From Candidatus Nomurabacteria bacterium (lineage in GTDB: Bacteria; Patescibacteriota; Minisyncoccia; Phycocordibacterales; SBAW01), in contig CALREW010000001.1 in assembly GCA_943356415.1 (NCBI GenBank), positions 149,252 through 213,251 on the forward strand: DNA of 64,000 nucleotides, given 5' to 3'. The notes under the pieces were generated by a model. It was given only the letters and a program-made list of their open reading frames with translations, did not search any database and was not told the origin of the DNA. The translations under genes and the position numbers were made by a program. Shown piece after piece: positions 10,619 through 19,088 of this stretch. Numbering within the stretch: position 1 is the first letter of the stretch; the number at the start of each line of letters is the position of its first letter.

Positions 10619-11119
10619 TTACGCGCTAGAAGCTGCCACCGAAGCCAGACGAGGCCGCTGGCGGATGAGAAGTTTACCCTCCACCACCTCGCCAAAGCCT
10701 GACTCGCGGTACATCTCACCCGCCGCGCCTTCCATGACATGCGCGACGATGGCGAGATGCCGCTTCGCCATGCTGTCAGCCTCGTTGACGAGGCATTCGA
10801 TCAGCGCCGCCCGGAGACGCAGCAACTCTTCGCCGTCCTTGATGGGGGCGAAGAAGAAGTTGGTGATGATCCCGGCGTTGCCGCTCAACAGGTCGAGGTG
10901 AGCGAGCGAGGCCGTCGCCACGATCCGGCCGGTCTTGCCGATCAGGCTACGACGGACCACCGCGATGCGGCAGGATGTCATGACGCGCTGGAGGCCTTCG
11001 AGGGTGACGGACACGCCACCTTTCGAGATGTGGTGGAAATCGTCGACATCAGCTTGCGTCACGCACGAAGGGTGCAGCGTATGGGCTTGGCCATAGACGA
11101 AGCCAGTGTTCTCAATCAT
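10619..11119 (-). CDS. Divergent GNAT-fold protein (solo unit)
   Basis: ATG 11119 with GAGG SD; TTGACG-17-TATGGT promoter; GRIVATASL...AGEMYRESGF is GNAT-like. Confidence 0.65.
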   Translation of the reverse strand: MIENTGFVYGQAHTLHPSCVTQADVDDFHHISKGGVSVTLEGLQRVMTSCRIAVVRRSLIGKTGRIVATASLAHLDLLSGNAGIITNFFFAPIKDGEELLRLRAALIECLVNEADSMAKRHLAIVAHVMEGAAGEMYRESGFGEVVEGKLLIRQRPRLASVAASSA

Positions 11120-11283
11120 GGCTCTAACCTCACAAGTTGCCAGTTGGGGAAACAAAGCAGATATTCGAACAGGTACAATCGATAAAACCATACAATAAAC
11201 CTTATATTCCGTCAATATAACGAAAACCGCCAGGGGAGACCCCGGGCGGTTTCGCTACTCACTCGTAGCTGGTGGATGGATAT

Positions 11284-11775
11284 TCACGTGCCGCCCGGGG
11301 TCCAACGATAGGTCCGTGTGTGGCGGCGCTGCACACCCCAGCCCTGCATCGTCGAGCCTTCGTAGAAGGCCTGTGCACCCGTCTTGCTCGAAGTCCAGTC
11401 GACGTGATCGAACTTCTTCTCACGCGCGACTTGGAACAGCTTGCGCATGACACGTTTGCCAAGGCCTCGGCCTTCATGTGCGCGGAGCGTCGAGACGTCA
11501 TTGACCGTCGCGAAGCGCTTGCCGACGTACTCCGCGAGCAAATGCGGCGTCATGATGGCCATCGAGACGATGGTGCCGCCACTGTCGCGCACAACCACCC
11601 AATACGCGCCTTGCGCAAGGACCATCTCATAGTGCCAACGCAGCTGCTCGAGCGACTTCGCAGGCAAGCTTTTGTTGCCAGCCAAATGCTGCATCAAAGC
11701 GGCGATGGCCTGCACATCCTTATCCGTAAGACGCTGTCCTCCGATCAACTCAGCCTCGCTGTAGGCTTCAGCCAT
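11284..11775 (-). CDS. GNAT family N-acetyltransferase (solo unit)
   Basis: VSTLRAHEGRGLGKRVM motif A; AQAFYE; GGAGG SD; hairpin at 11221-11254. Confidence 0.85.
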   Translation of the reverse strand: MAEAYSEAELIGGQRLTDKDVQAIAALMQHLAGNKSLPAKSLEQLRWHYEMVLAQGAYWVVVRDSGGTIVSMAIMTPHLLAEYVGKRFATVNDVSTLRAHEGRGLGKRVMRKLFQVAREKKFDHVDWTSSKTGAQAFYEGSTMQGWGVQRRHTRTYRWTPGGT

Positions 11776-11863
11776 TGTCTTGGCCTCCCAGCCACTGTTT
11801 CAACCTCAGGGACTATAACCAACTCTCGTAGAAAAAAGTAGCGGACAGGGAAGTCGCTCCTCA

Positions 11864-11909
11864 AAAACAACAACGCCCGCGAGGAGTTACCCTCGGGGCG
11901 CGTGTTGAA
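11864..11909 (-). repeat. 46-bp terminator-like element, copy 1 (inverted relative to 14154-14199)
   Basis: Exact reverse complement of 14154-14199. Confidence 0.95.
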
Positions 11910-11946
11910 GTGATCCTTCGAAGTGATCCTTCAAGGTGCTGCGGCA

Positions 11947-12183
11947 TCACCTCTTCAGGCTGGCGATGACGTAGTTCGCCAGCGACCAGAGCGTGCCGAA
12001 ACCTGCGGCGACGGCGATGAAGGCCGACACGCCCCTGATAGGGCCAGCCGAAATACTTGCCGCGACAGCGACGCAGATGGCGCAAATCAGGCCATAGAAC
12101 GCTGCGCAGATCAGTTCCTGCGCGATATCGTTCAGTTCGTCCCACACGGGGAATCGCGGCTTACGGCGAGATGTAATGGACAT
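11947..12183 (-). CDS. Small two-TM hypothetical protein (solo unit)
   Basis: ATG 12183 with AAGGG SD; two hydrophobic helices; followed by the hairpin element. Confidence 0.6.
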   Translation of the reverse strand: MSITSRRKPRFPVWDELNDIAQELICAAFYGLICAICVAVAASISAGPIRGVSAFIAVAAGFGTLWSLANYVIASLKR

Positions 12184-12312
12184 TGTTCGAAGCCCTTCGC
12201 GCGAATGCCTCTGCACGAGCTTGATTGCTCTTAAGGTGCAGTGCATTTAACCAAACATACGGTACCACACTTATTTAATTTAGCTAGCCTAGCCGAGATT
12301 TTGAACTAAATA

Positions 12313-12727
12313 GGGGAGACAGGCTTCCCTAAACCTCCATGATTTTTTGACTAAACCTTCAGCCGCGTTAACAACCAGGGAATTACATACCCACAAACCA
12401 ATCAGATTTATATACACGCGGTGTGTGTGGGGTAGAAGGTCTGTTGCCTTAGACTCAAAGCCCAGTACTTGGCTATCCTAGTTCGTCTATAGCCATACGT
12501 CGCAAAAGGTATATTGTGCGACGTATGTAATCTCTTCTCCCCTAGGGACTAGGATGGCCGAGACGGTTGGTTGGGGCTTAGTGCCCTACGACGTTGTGCA
12601 GCGCGTGGCGCGACAGAATGGCACCGGAATACTTTTATGGGAAAGAAGCGAGTGAAGGCTGAATCTAATAGGTCTACCCCCCCCCCGACCGATTTGCTCA
12701 GGAAACCGGGGGAGACCGGCTTCCCTA
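12313..12727 (+). ncRNA. Candidate structured RNA/element bounded by 19-bp direct repeats
   Basis: No ORF in track; stems 12471-12484/12546-12559 and 12494-12504/12517-12527; GGGGAGAC(A/C)GGCTTCCCTA at both ends. Confidence 0.4.
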
Positions 12728-12748
12728 TTTCAGCGTAGAATTGTACCT

Positions 12749-13192
12749 GTGAGACATCAGGAGCTCGTAAAACGGATTCGCGAAAATGCTGAGCAAGGCC
12801 GGAGATTGGAAGCCTTTTTGCTACTCATGGCGTACATAGAGACTATTTTCAACATGCACCTGCAGTTTGTAATTATGATGGCTGCGAATAAGCAAATTGG
12901 TGATAGTAAGCCAATGGATACTGTCTATAAGAAAATTGAGCGGATGCGTATCTCAGAAGTTTTGCAAATGCTTTTTGACATGCAGCAGATCGAAAAAGAG
13001 TTTAAGAACAACCTGGGAAAACTTTTTGATAAGAGGAATCAATTAATACACGACGTCGTAAGTCACGTCATGTTCAACGTTAAATTAGACGACTCACTTA
13101 CTGAACCTTACGAGCAGGCTTTTACTGTGTTGGAAACGGAAATTTTTAAAAGCTGGACTGCCACACTTGATCAGCAATTTACAGGCAATTAG
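12749..13192 (+). CDS. AT-rich hypothetical protein (possible HEPN-like RxxxxH)
   Basis: 147 aa; helical; KRNQLIH motif; TAGAAT 7 nt upstream of GTG. Confidence 0.7.
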   Translation: MRHQELVKRIRENAEQGRRLEAFLLLMAYIETIFNMHLQFVIMMAANKQIGDSKPMDTVYKKIERMRISEVLQMLFDMQQIEKEFKNNLGKLFDKRNQLIHDVVSHVMFNVKLDDSLTEPYEQAFTVLETEIFKSWTATLDQQFTGN

Positions 13193-13232
13193 GCAGAGAA
13201 GTCTTGTCTGAAAGAAAAAGTATTTACATCCC

Positions 13233-13958
13233 CTACCTGTCTCTACTTTTGCGCCACGCGATAAACTCTAGGAACGGCAAGCAGACAAAATGACAGGCTT
13301 CTCTAAACAGGAGAAGTGTGCCGATCCAGACACTTAGAACAACGTAGTAAATCAAAATCGCATAATCCCATTTGAATATAGTGTGTATACATGCGTCTGA
13401 TCCCGGGCCAATATCGATTGCCATATGCTGCCCAGAGCTGAAGGTTGTTGTAGAAATTGGCGTCGCCGCAAAGAGAGTAGTTGTTGAAGCCATCCGTTTT
13501 CCAAGTTCACTTATGGGCAAGTTAGACCAAATGGTTTTTTCGTCGTGAACACTCAAACTAACGGAGGCGTCAGTTGGTGTCATTACCACATAAGAAACTT
13601 CGCTTGCTTGTGAATATTCTCCAGTTTCTACATTTCTAAATCCGACTGACTTTAGGTTGTTTGACGCCACAACATCAGCAATAAACCAACTGTCGGTAAA
13701 TTTGATTATAGGTTCCAGTGATTTCAATTCTTCATACGTAAAAGTAGTACTCTGGTTATTTCTTTCAGGGATTAGGCAAAAATCTCTTGAATAATGCTTA
13801 TCAACCCACACTAAAAATATAAAAGGGACGACAAGAATAAAAAGTGTTTTCCTAAATTGAGCACTGGCAAATAATCTAACAAGGAAATCTTTGACTTGCG
13901 GACCTTTCGAAGCAAGCCATTTTAACCTGACCCACCATTTAATAAGCACTTCTTTCAC
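13233..13958 (-). CDS. AT-rich two-TM hypothetical protein
   Basis: 241 aa ORF; TMs near both termini. Confidence 0.7.
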   Translation of the reverse strand: MKEVLIKWWVRLKWLASKGPQVKDFLVRLFASAQFRKTLFILVVPFIFLVWVDKHYSRDFCLIPERNNQSTTFTYEELKSLEPIIKFTDSWFIADVVASNNLKSVGFRNVETGEYSQASEVSYVVMTPTDASVSLSVHDEKTIWSNLPISELGKRMASTTTLFAATPISTTTFSSGQHMAIDIGPGSDACIHTIFKWDYAILIYYVVLSVWIGTLLLFREACHFVCLPFLEFIAWRKSRDR

Positions 13959-14023
13959 GTTCTAACCCTACCACCAATAATTTACGCTAGAAGGGGTCTT
14001 CCCTTCTCCTGTAGAATGTAGCT

Positions 14024-14176
14024 GTGGGCTATATAATTAAGAAGAATATTCTACTTACTGGCGCTGGCTTCAGTGCAAATTTTGGTGGTCTCCTTGCTGC
14101 GGATAGTCCGAAACGACGAGGGAAAACCGCCAGAGTAATCGGTTCGGTTCGAGTTCAACACGCGCCCCGAGGGTAA
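14024..14176 (+). pseudogene. Truncated SIR2-like N-terminus
   Basis: GTG start 6 nt after TAGAAT; reads MGYIIKKNILLTGAGFSANFGGLLA, then runs into the 46-bp repeat and stops. Confidence 0.55.
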
Positions 14177-14199
14177 CTCCTCGCGGGCGTTGTTGTTTT
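14154..14199 (+). repeat. 46-bp terminator-like element, copy 2
   Basis: TTCAACACGCGCCCCGAGGGTAACTCCTCGCGGGCGTTGTTGTTTT. Confidence 0.95.
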
Positions 14200-14244
14200 A
14201 AAACGGTATAATTAATCCCATACAAGCTTTAGATAATTTTCTTC

Positions 14245-14640
14245 ATGCAGATTCCTTCTTGGGCTGAGTTATATGCACCGGTCATCGCGCGCGTACTTAT
14301 GGGCGGTATGTTCCTTATGGCAGGTATCCAAAAGTTTATGACATTGGATACAACGGCTGGCTATATTGCCACGAGCTTCCTCCCTGCCCCGATGGCCATG
14401 GCAGTCATCGCAGCCATCGTTGAAACCGTACTCGGCGCGTCACTCCTTATCGGCTACCGCACCAAGCTTGCTGCGGCAGGCCTCGCAGTCTTTACCGTCA
14501 TTGCCACCATCGCCTTCCACACTGGATGGAGCGCCAACCAGATGCAGCAAGTCCTTTTTACCAAGAACCTTGCTATCGTTGCCGGTCTTCTCTATATGAT
14601 GGCGTTTGGTTCTGGTCGCTACGCAGTAAACAACAAATAG
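14245..14640 (+). CDS. DoxX family membrane protein
   Basis: ARVLMGGMFLMAGIQK, E..LG..LLIG..T, FH, FTKNLAIVAGLL. Confidence 0.9.
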   Translation: MQIPSWAELYAPVIARVLMGGMFLMAGIQKFMTLDTTAGYIATSFLPAPMAMAVIAAIVETVLGASLLIGYRTKLAAAGLAVFTVIATIAFHTGWSANQMQQVLFTKNLAIVAGLLYMMAFGSGRYAVNNK

Positions 14641-14658
14641 GTTTTAGCTTCCCTGAAC

Positions 14659-14699
14659 AAAACAAAACCCCGGCTCACATGGAGCCGGGGTTTTGTTTT
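14659..14699. terminator. Bidirectional intrinsic terminator
   Basis: AAAACAAAACCCCGGCTC-ACATG-GAGCCGGGGTTTTGTTTT. Confidence 0.85.
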
Positions 14700-14717
14700 T
14701 AAAATCGTATTTCTATC

Positions 14718-15146
14718 TTACTTTTTGGCTACAGCAACTTTGGCACTTTGTGCAGCTGCCGTTTTGCCCCAGCAATTCTGGGACGGCTTCCACGGAGCGG
14801 TGCCTTCCTTGCCGTAGAGGTACTGAGCGTAACCGAGATTACCGTCTATGGTCTTAAGGTCGTAACCGAGGTCCTTTGCCGCTTTGGCATGGAAGTACTC
14901 ATTGATCTGCATTACGCCGATGTCTTGCGAGACGGCTTCACCGCGAAGCAGCTGACCTTTCTCATCAAACTGGCGAAAACGAGACTCGCAACGTGCGATT
15001 TCAGCGAGAACGGGCGTATCGGTATAGAACGTACGGACGTACTGTTCAACTGAAGGCGCCGACGTTGCAACGGTAGGTTCAACCGGTGCTTTGTCCGTCA
15101 TGGTGGCGTTCCAGAGCATCATTGCACCTATTACAAGTGGAATCAT
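14718..15146 (-). CDS. Secreted lysozyme-like/lytic transglycosylase (SLT/Rpf-like)
   Basis: IARCES, GVMQIN, GTAPW motifs; N-terminal TM; start could be 15167. Confidence 0.8.
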   Translation of the reverse strand: MIPLVIGAMMLWNATMTDKAPVEPTVATSAPSVEQYVRTFYTDTPVLAEIARCESRFRQFDEKGQLLRGEAVSQDIGVMQINEYFHAKAAKDLGYDLKTIDGNLGYAQYLYGKEGTAPWKPSQNCWGKTAAAQSAKVAVAKK

Positions 15147-15481
15147 AATTAATAGGACTTCCCACACACAGTCCCTTTTCTCGTTCGGCCCGGGAAATCC
15201 TTAGGGAGGCCGAGGGGACAAATAAAAGCGCTCGGCCGCAATGACCGAGCCCAATAAGGGTATGTTTTTTGGCTAGTACCGGCAATAGCACCTCCTTGAC
15301 AGGACCCGAAGGTGGATATTAACGTTGCAAAATAAGGCTATTTTAGGAGATTTGCCAAAGAGCAATATTTATTGAGTTTTAGAACCCTTTCTCCCCTGCC
15401 GCCGGTTAGGTGAGCCCACAAAACATGCAAAAAGGAGGCTTTTGGCCTCCTTTTTGCATCTCTTGCGTCTCTTTTGCTCTA

Positions 15482-15667
15482 GTCGGGCTGCCGGTCGGCC
15501 AGGCGTTCAAGCTTCGCCGTCGCTCACCTTGCCGCACGGCCCTGGCTCGTCATCTTGGGCCGGTGCCCAAGATATGCCTCCGCCTTTCGATTCCCGGCCG
15601 CAGAGTATGCAGATACTCTATTCAGCCCACCCATACGTAAAAGAGACGCTCTCGCGTCTTTTTACTT
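15482..15667. repeat. tRNA-Pro 3'-end mirrored element
   Basis: Direct copy 15482-15494 of tRNA end 15670-15682; inverted copy 15586-15598 plus 15623-15631; hairpin 15637-15665. Confidence 0.7.
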
Positions 15668-15741
15668 TGGTCGGGCTGCCGGGAATCGAACCCGGTCCAC
15701 ATCCACCCCATGGATGCATACTACCGGTATACTACAGCCCG
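15668..15741 (-). tRNA. tRNA-Pro(GGG)
   Basis: CGGGCTG acceptor stem; CATCC-ATGGGGT-GGATG anticodon arm; GGTTCGATTCC; encoded CCA. Confidence 0.95.
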
Positions 15742-15770
15742 AAATAACGAACCGCCGTATCTTACCGTAG

Positions 15771-16364
15771 TTACCAAGGCATCGGGAACTGATCGAACTC
15801 AGGAAGCAACTTCTTTCCGTATAAAAGCCTCGATATAACCTCTGCATGGCTCATGGCTCCGGTGAGGGCGTTGTGTGGGTCCGGCTCGTCCGGGATGCCG
15901 CAGTAGTTTAAGACTGCATCGAGGTTGAGGGCGGAGCGGTGGTGGACCGGGTCAACTGGCGGGGTAAGACCTGCTTTCACCATATGCATATAGCAGAGGG
16001 TGTGTGTGTCGATAGTGCGGTGGGCAAAAGGCCAGTTGGTATGCCCTGCTCGCTCAGCCGCTGCACGCAAAAAATCGCGGTCAAAGGAGACGTTCTGGCC
16101 AGCCAAAGTACGCTCCGGAACCTTGAGTGCCCACTCGATAAAAGCATGAGCTAAGTCTGCTTCAGTCATCTTGCTCGGGTCACGGAGCTCCACTTCGGTA
16201 AAGCCGTTGACCGCAAGTGCACCTTCGTCGATATGTGCTCCGTCCCAAACCTTACACTCCATGTACAGGCGATTTGTTGGGTTATCAATATCGAGAGCCC
16301 CCACACTCACAATCGAGTGCTTTTCGTAATTAACCCCGGACGTCTCCACATCAACAACAATCAT
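15771..16364 (-). CDS. DEDDh 3'-5' exonuclease (DnaQ-like)
   Basis: VDVETSG, NVSFD, IDT, HNAL. Confidence 0.88.
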   Translation of the reverse strand: MIVVDVETSGVNYEKHSIVSVGALDIDNPTNRLYMECKVWDGAHIDEGALAVNGFTEVELRDPSKMTEADLAHAFIEWALKVPERTLAGQNVSFDRDFLRAAAERAGHTNWPFAHRTIDTHTLCYMHMVKAGLTPPVDPVHHRSALNLDAVLNYCGIPDEPDPHNALTGAMSHAEVISRLLYGKKLLPEFDQFPMPW

Positions 16365-16418
16365 AGGAACCAGTGTATAGCCACAAGTGGCTTGCGACTA
16401 GTAGACCACCAATTTTGC

Positions 16419-16667
16419 CTAAACTTCTCCTACAACCTTAAGTACCCACCGTTCAACTTTAAGCACAATTCTTTCAGCTTGAGGATGCTGTCTTCCAATC
16501 TTATGTAAAAGTTTTTTTGCCCATTCGGAATATACGGAAAGTAAGACCAATCCTGCAACAAGAAACACCGTGCCGTTTAAGATAGGCAAAATAATGCCCG
16601 CGATGCCGAGCAAAAGGCATGCGTAGCCGACGGTTTGTATGCTGATTCGTTTAATATGTTTTGCCAT
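16419..16667 (-). CDS. Small membrane protein (PGPGW/DUF454-like)
   Basis: GIAGIILPILNG..F...GL.LLS..SEWA. Confidence 0.7.
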   Translation of the reverse strand: MAKHIKRISIQTVGYACLLLGIAGIILPILNGTVFLVAGLVLLSVYSEWAKKLLHKIGRQHPQAERIVLKVERWVLKVVGEV

Positions 16668-16695
16668 TTGAAATCACAGTATGACGGAAAAACCT

Positions 16696-16758
16696 GTATG
16701 CCGTATGAAGTGTTGAGGTGAGTATATACGTCATACGTGATACCTCATACTTTTATAC
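16696..16758. repeat. Inverted arrays of degenerate 7-mers
   Basis: GTATGCC GTATGAA GTGTTGA ... GTCATAC GTGATAC CTCATAC. Confidence 0.6.
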
Positions 16759-16763
16759 CGTTT

Positions 16764-17177
16764 CTACTCCAATCCTTTGCAGTTACTTGCTGGTTGATAT
16801 CCAGCAGCCTTCGCTTCCGCAGTAGAGGTGAACCAAATCTTGTTTGCGTCTTTGATAGCTTTTGCTCCCGCACACCACGGAAAGTGATATTTAGTACCGC
16901 TTTTTGAAGCGACTACTCCTCCCGCAACAGCACCTGCCACTCCGGCTACAGAAGTGCCGGGGGTCTCGACAGACCCCCCTCCTTCCGTCGTACTGGTAGC
17001 GCCAGCAACATCTTCCCCAACGAGGCGCAGACCCGCCTGTGACGAAGCAGGCTTAGTTTGTGAGGCCGATACTCGCCCCAAGGCAAAGGACGAAAGTCCA
17101 ACCAGGATAATAACCAGGCATATAAGGACAGTTTGGCCTGGTTCCTTGCGGAAGGAGAGGAATTCTGGTAGATTCAT
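16764..17177 (-). CDS. Membrane-anchored Ada metal-binding-like domain protein
   Basis: VASKSGTKYHFPWC...A..AGY.P..NC. Confidence 0.8.
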   Translation of the reverse strand: MNLPEFLSFRKEPGQTVLICLVIILVGLSSFALGRVSASQTKPASSQAGLRLVGEDVAGATSTTEGGGSVETPGTSVAGVAGAVAGGVVASKSGTKYHFPWCAGAKAIKDANKIWFTSTAEAKAAGYQPASNCKGLE

Positions 17178-17218
17178 GCGGTAAATTATAGGGCACGGGC
17201 GTCAACTGAAACACTGAT

Positions 17219-17491
17219 ATGGCAACAAAAAAATCAGGCGGAACAGCGAAAAACCTTCGCGATTCTAATGCACAATACCTTGGCGTTAAGCTCTTTGGCG
17301 GCGAAGTTGCCAAACCGGGCGCTATTATCGTGCGCCAGCGCGGTACCCGCATCCTCCCAGGCAAGAACACCATGCTCGGCAAGGATCACACTATTTTTGC
17401 AGTAGCAGACGGCAAAGTAACCTTCCGCGACGTCCGCAAGAGTCACTTTGATGGAACGACTTCAACCAAAAAGAAAGTAGACGTCCTCTAG
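17219..17491 (+). CDS. rpmA: 50S ribosomal protein L27
   Basis: [11 protein letters not shown]...[12 protein letters not shown]. Confidence 0.97.
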   Translation: MATKKSGGTAKNLRDSNAQYLGVKLFGGEVAKPGAIIVRQRGTRILPGKNTMLGKDHTIFAVADGKVTFRDVRKSHFDGTTSTKKKVDVL

Positions 17492-17514
17492 ATCTCCCTG
17501 TCATATCTGAACTC

Positions 17515-17544
17515 ACACAAAAGCCCCGTAAGGGGCTTTTGTGT
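17515..17544 (+). terminator. rpmA terminator
   Basis: ACACAAAAGCCCC-GTAA-GGGGCTTTTGTGT. Confidence 0.85.
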
Positions 17545-17609
17545 TAATTGACCATTCTATTTTTCTTTTGTATAAAAAGTTTGGACCGAAACACACCAGG
17601 GAGCCAACA

Positions 17610-18407
17610 ATGGCCTCGCATACTCCGTCGTTCTCCTTCGAGGGCTTGTCGGCTTCACAGCTCGCTCAGCTCGCCACGCTCATCTGCAATCGTAAAGACG
17701 CGGCGAACTTCGACGCCATCCTCAGCGAGGTTGGACGTCAGGTTGACCGCTTGGGCGGCCTTCACGACGCACTTCGTCACCTACGGCGCATGGGGAAACC
17801 TATTCCTTCCGCAACGCGCCTGCCGGTGTGGAAAAGGCTGCGACTTGGCACCCGCAGCACCTTCCTGAAATACCGCGCGGATCTCGACGTTCGAGAGTAC
17901 GGCTTCTTCGGCGGCGGGTTAGAGACGTACTACCTGTTTGAGGAACTGCGACGCTTCCGCCCTGCGCAGACGACGCATGAAGTAGACCTTGTTCGACTGT
18001 CCGCAAAGGACCTCGGCTTCATCGGACCGGTGAGCCACACCGACGTCTACGCCATCGCCAGCAAAATGGGACTGGAGCTCTGCACGCCAGAGGTCGGGCC
18101 CGCATTGCGTCGCGTCTACCGGAACCAACCGGTCGGCGAAACGCTCTACGTCGGCATGGAAGCGATCGAAAGACACCGCGCAAGCACGGCGCGTCAGGCT
18201 GATCTCCCACGGAAGTTCGGCTTCGCACTTCACCGCGAGTCGAACTTCAAGGATTACCGCCGGACGCACATGCGGCGGATGAAAAAAGCGCTCCTACTCA
18301 AACCGATCGAGTACGAGCGCTACCCTGAAGAGCCTGGGAATCTACGCTCCCACCCTCTGGTGCAGGGCAACTGGTTCTACGTGTTCGTCCGGCCTCGGCC
18401 GAAATAA
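17610..18407 (+). CDS. Hypothetical protein (solo unit)
   Basis: TTGACC-17-TATAAA promoter; GGAG SD before ATG 17610; hairpin at 18431-18456. Confidence 0.8.
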   Translation: MASHTPSFSFEGLSASQLAQLATLICNRKDAANFDAILSEVGRQVDRLGGLHDALRHLRRMGKPIPSATRLPVWKRLRLGTRSTFLKYRADLDVREYGFFGGGLETYYLFEELRRFRPAQTTHEVDLVRLSAKDLGFIGPVSHTDVYAIASKMGLELCTPEVGPALRRVYRNQPVGETLYVGMEAIERHRASTARQADLPRKFGFALHRESNFKDYRRTHMRRMKKALLLKPIEYERYPEEPGNLRSHPLVQGNWFYVFVRPRPK

Positions 18408-18474
18408 CACGACCACCATCTGTGCGATTCGAGGCCTGCATTTCGGTGCAGGCCTCATCGTATTCAGGTAAGCG

Positions 18475-18918
18475 TTACTCCGCTACAATCTCAACCGTGA
18501 TTTCTGCTTTTTTGTGCTTCGATTTGAGGCCAACTTCATGCTTTCCTACTGAACGCAGTGGTTCGTCGAGAATAATCGCGCTTGTCGGCATTTCGAGAGA
18601 TTTTTCCGCACGAATAGCTTTCACGACATCGTTGTCAATCACTTTCTTAAAGAGACCTCCACTTGGAGCTGCTTTAACTTTGATCACAAACGTTGCACCC
18701 CGCAGCGTGTCTACTTTTTTATCGAGCGCCAATTCTTCTGCTTCTTTTTCTGCAGTTTTCTTTGCTATCTCTGCAGCAACTGCAGCAAGTTTCTCTTCGG
18801 TTGCCGGTTCAGCTGCTTTCTGTGGAAACAGGAAGTTAACGGCGTAGCCGTCAGATACTTCTTTGACAGCACCTTTCTGTCCCAGCCCGCGCAAGTCCCT
18901 CAGTAGAATTACCTTCAT
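18475..18918 (-). CDS. rplI: 50S ribosomal protein L9
   Basis: MKVILL..LG..G.VKEVSDGYA.NFL. Confidence 0.96.
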   Translation of the reverse strand: MKVILLRDLRGLGQKGAVKEVSDGYAVNFLFPQKAAEPATEEKLAAVAAEIAKKTAEKEAEELALDKKVDTLRGATFVIKVKAAPSGGLFKKVIDNDVVKAIRAEKSLEMPTSAIILDEPLRSVGKHEVGLKSKHKKAEITVEIVAE

Positions 18919-18969
18919 CAGATGAGTCTACTTCAGTAGCCTGCGCTTTCCCAGCCTCTCGCTTTCTGA

Positions 18970-19086
18970 GGCCTCTGGTTTTGGATGTAATACAAGGCGC
19001 GCCTGAGGAGCAAACTGAGGTGTATCAGGAATACACCGAAGGAGCACCGGAAGGAGCAACGCAGTAGTACGCCAAAACCAGAGGTC
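18970..19086. repeat. ~117-bp palindromic element, copy A
   Basis: Terminal stem CCTCTGGTTTTGG/CCAAAACCAGAGG; core shared with 50420-50539. Confidence 0.75.
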
Positions 19087-19088
19087 GT

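Noticed and set aside
15296-15320. SRP RNA-like CAGGACCCGAAGG on the plus strand
   Set aside because: Lacks the GGAA loop and AGCAG of SRP helix 8; better read as a UUCG hairpin on the minus strand.
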